From Minisyncoccota bacterium (GTDB lineage: Bacteria > Patescibacteriota > Minisyncoccia > 2-02-FULL-40-12 > IGHO2-12-FULL-4), in contig DATDTF010000011.1 of assembly GCA_036517795.1 (NCBI GenBank), positions 9,772 through 73,771 on the forward strand: a stretch of DNA of 64,000 bases. The letters run 5' to 3'. A model generated the notes under the pieces. The model made no database searches. It was not told the DNA's origin and was given only the letters and a program-made list of their open reading frames with translations. A program made the position numbers and the translations under genes. Of the stretch, positions 63,517 to 64,000 are shown piece after piece. Position 1 is the first letter of the stretch. Each line of letters starts with the position of its first letter.

Positions 63517-64000
63517 TGGTATATATTTCCTGAACGTCTTCGTTATTGTCTAATTCTTCAAATAATTTATCCAGCACATTTTTATTATTTTGGTCTTGGA
63601 TTGTGATTGGATACTTAGCAACAAAGTCGTTGTTTTTCTTTTCAAAAGCCCACATAATCGAGCCTGACTGCGCCATTTTCACCCCATGTTTTGAGAGAAT
63701 ATTTTTTATTTCTCCGATTGTCCGGTTTTTGTTATCGGTAATCGCAGTGATAATTATATTTACCGATTCGGGGCCTACCGTTTCAATTAGAAGTTCTTCA
63801 AGTTGTGCTAGGTCTTTTTCAGCTACTCTTTTTAGGGCTCTTTCTATGTTGTCTTTCGGCATGTTCAAAGACCGGGCTTTTTCAACAGCGTTTTTAAGTT
63901 CCATATTTTTTTCCGGATCCGAGCCTTTTCGGGCGGCTATTGATATGAGTTTTGAAATTTTAGAAAAAACCCGACCCTTTTTTTGGTCAGCGATACCTTT
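63497..64000 (-). CDS. yebC: YebC/PmpR-family transcriptional regulator (partial; 5' end beyond window)
   Basis: C-terminal and middle domains match YebC. Translation continues upstream of the ORF-track Met (…KGIADQKKGRVFSKISKLISIAARKGSDPEKN…) to the window edge. Confidence 0.7.
   Translation of the reverse strand, partial: KGIADQKKGRVFSKISKLISIAARKGSDPEKNMELKNAVEKARSLNMPKDNIERALKRVAEKDLAQLEELLIETVGPESVNIIITAITDNKNRTIGEIKNILSKHGVKMAQSGSIMWAFEKKNNDFVAKYPITIQDQNNKNVLDKLFEELDNNEDVQEIYTNENIRD

Noticed and set aside
1-64000. CRISPR arrays and rRNA genes
   Set aside because: No regularly spaced short direct repeats with unique spacers occur. The dispersed repeats are long, irregular and in both orientations. 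No 16S, 23S or 5S-like conserved stretches were seen.

Overview
This 64 kb window is an AT-rich, gene-dense bacterial chromosome segment read in the standard genetic code. It spans the replication-origin neighbourhood: rpmH-rnpA-yidD-yidC-jag on the minus strand, then dnaA-dnaN with a DnaA-box-bearing, AT-rich spacer. The gene content fits a streamlined, possibly Patescibacteria/CPR-like organism, and that is inference only. It includes a short-form IF-2, two class A PBPs, an NAD salvage set (nadV, nadM, nrtR, nadK), lnt, polA, recG, pcrA, many tRNAs and free-standing homing-endonuclease-like ORFs. Other housekeeping and envelope genes are tsaE, holA, prkA/yhbH/spoVR, rfbAB, infB-rbfA, cca, rsmA, tyrS, ruvC and yebC. 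Nine tRNA genes are called, two of them beside tRNA-like fragments. The most system-like accessory content is a tightly packed operon at about 44.3-53.9 kb. It has the gene order of a Gram-positive-type minimal type IV secretion module: a secreted Ca-binding-repeat protein, a Cys-rich secreted protein, a VirB6-like polytopic membrane protein, a small 2-TM VirB3-like protein and a VirB4/TrbE ATPase split into two overlapping ORFs (Walker A, DEAW and TQ motifs). A membrane protein and a PD40 beta-propeller protein complete it, with no VirD4 or relaxase in the window. The window also carries a roughly 110 bp MITE-like element with CCGATATTG...CAATATCGG terminal inverted repeats. Fragments of it sit in frame inside conserved genes (IF-2 G domain, RecG helicase core, rsmA N-terminus), reminiscent of Rickettsia palindromic elements. 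Other items are a second dispersed repeat family, an IS200/RayT-type transposase with REP-like hairpins (one inside its own CDS), unusual tRNA-locus structures and a prkA-yhbH-spoVR triad.
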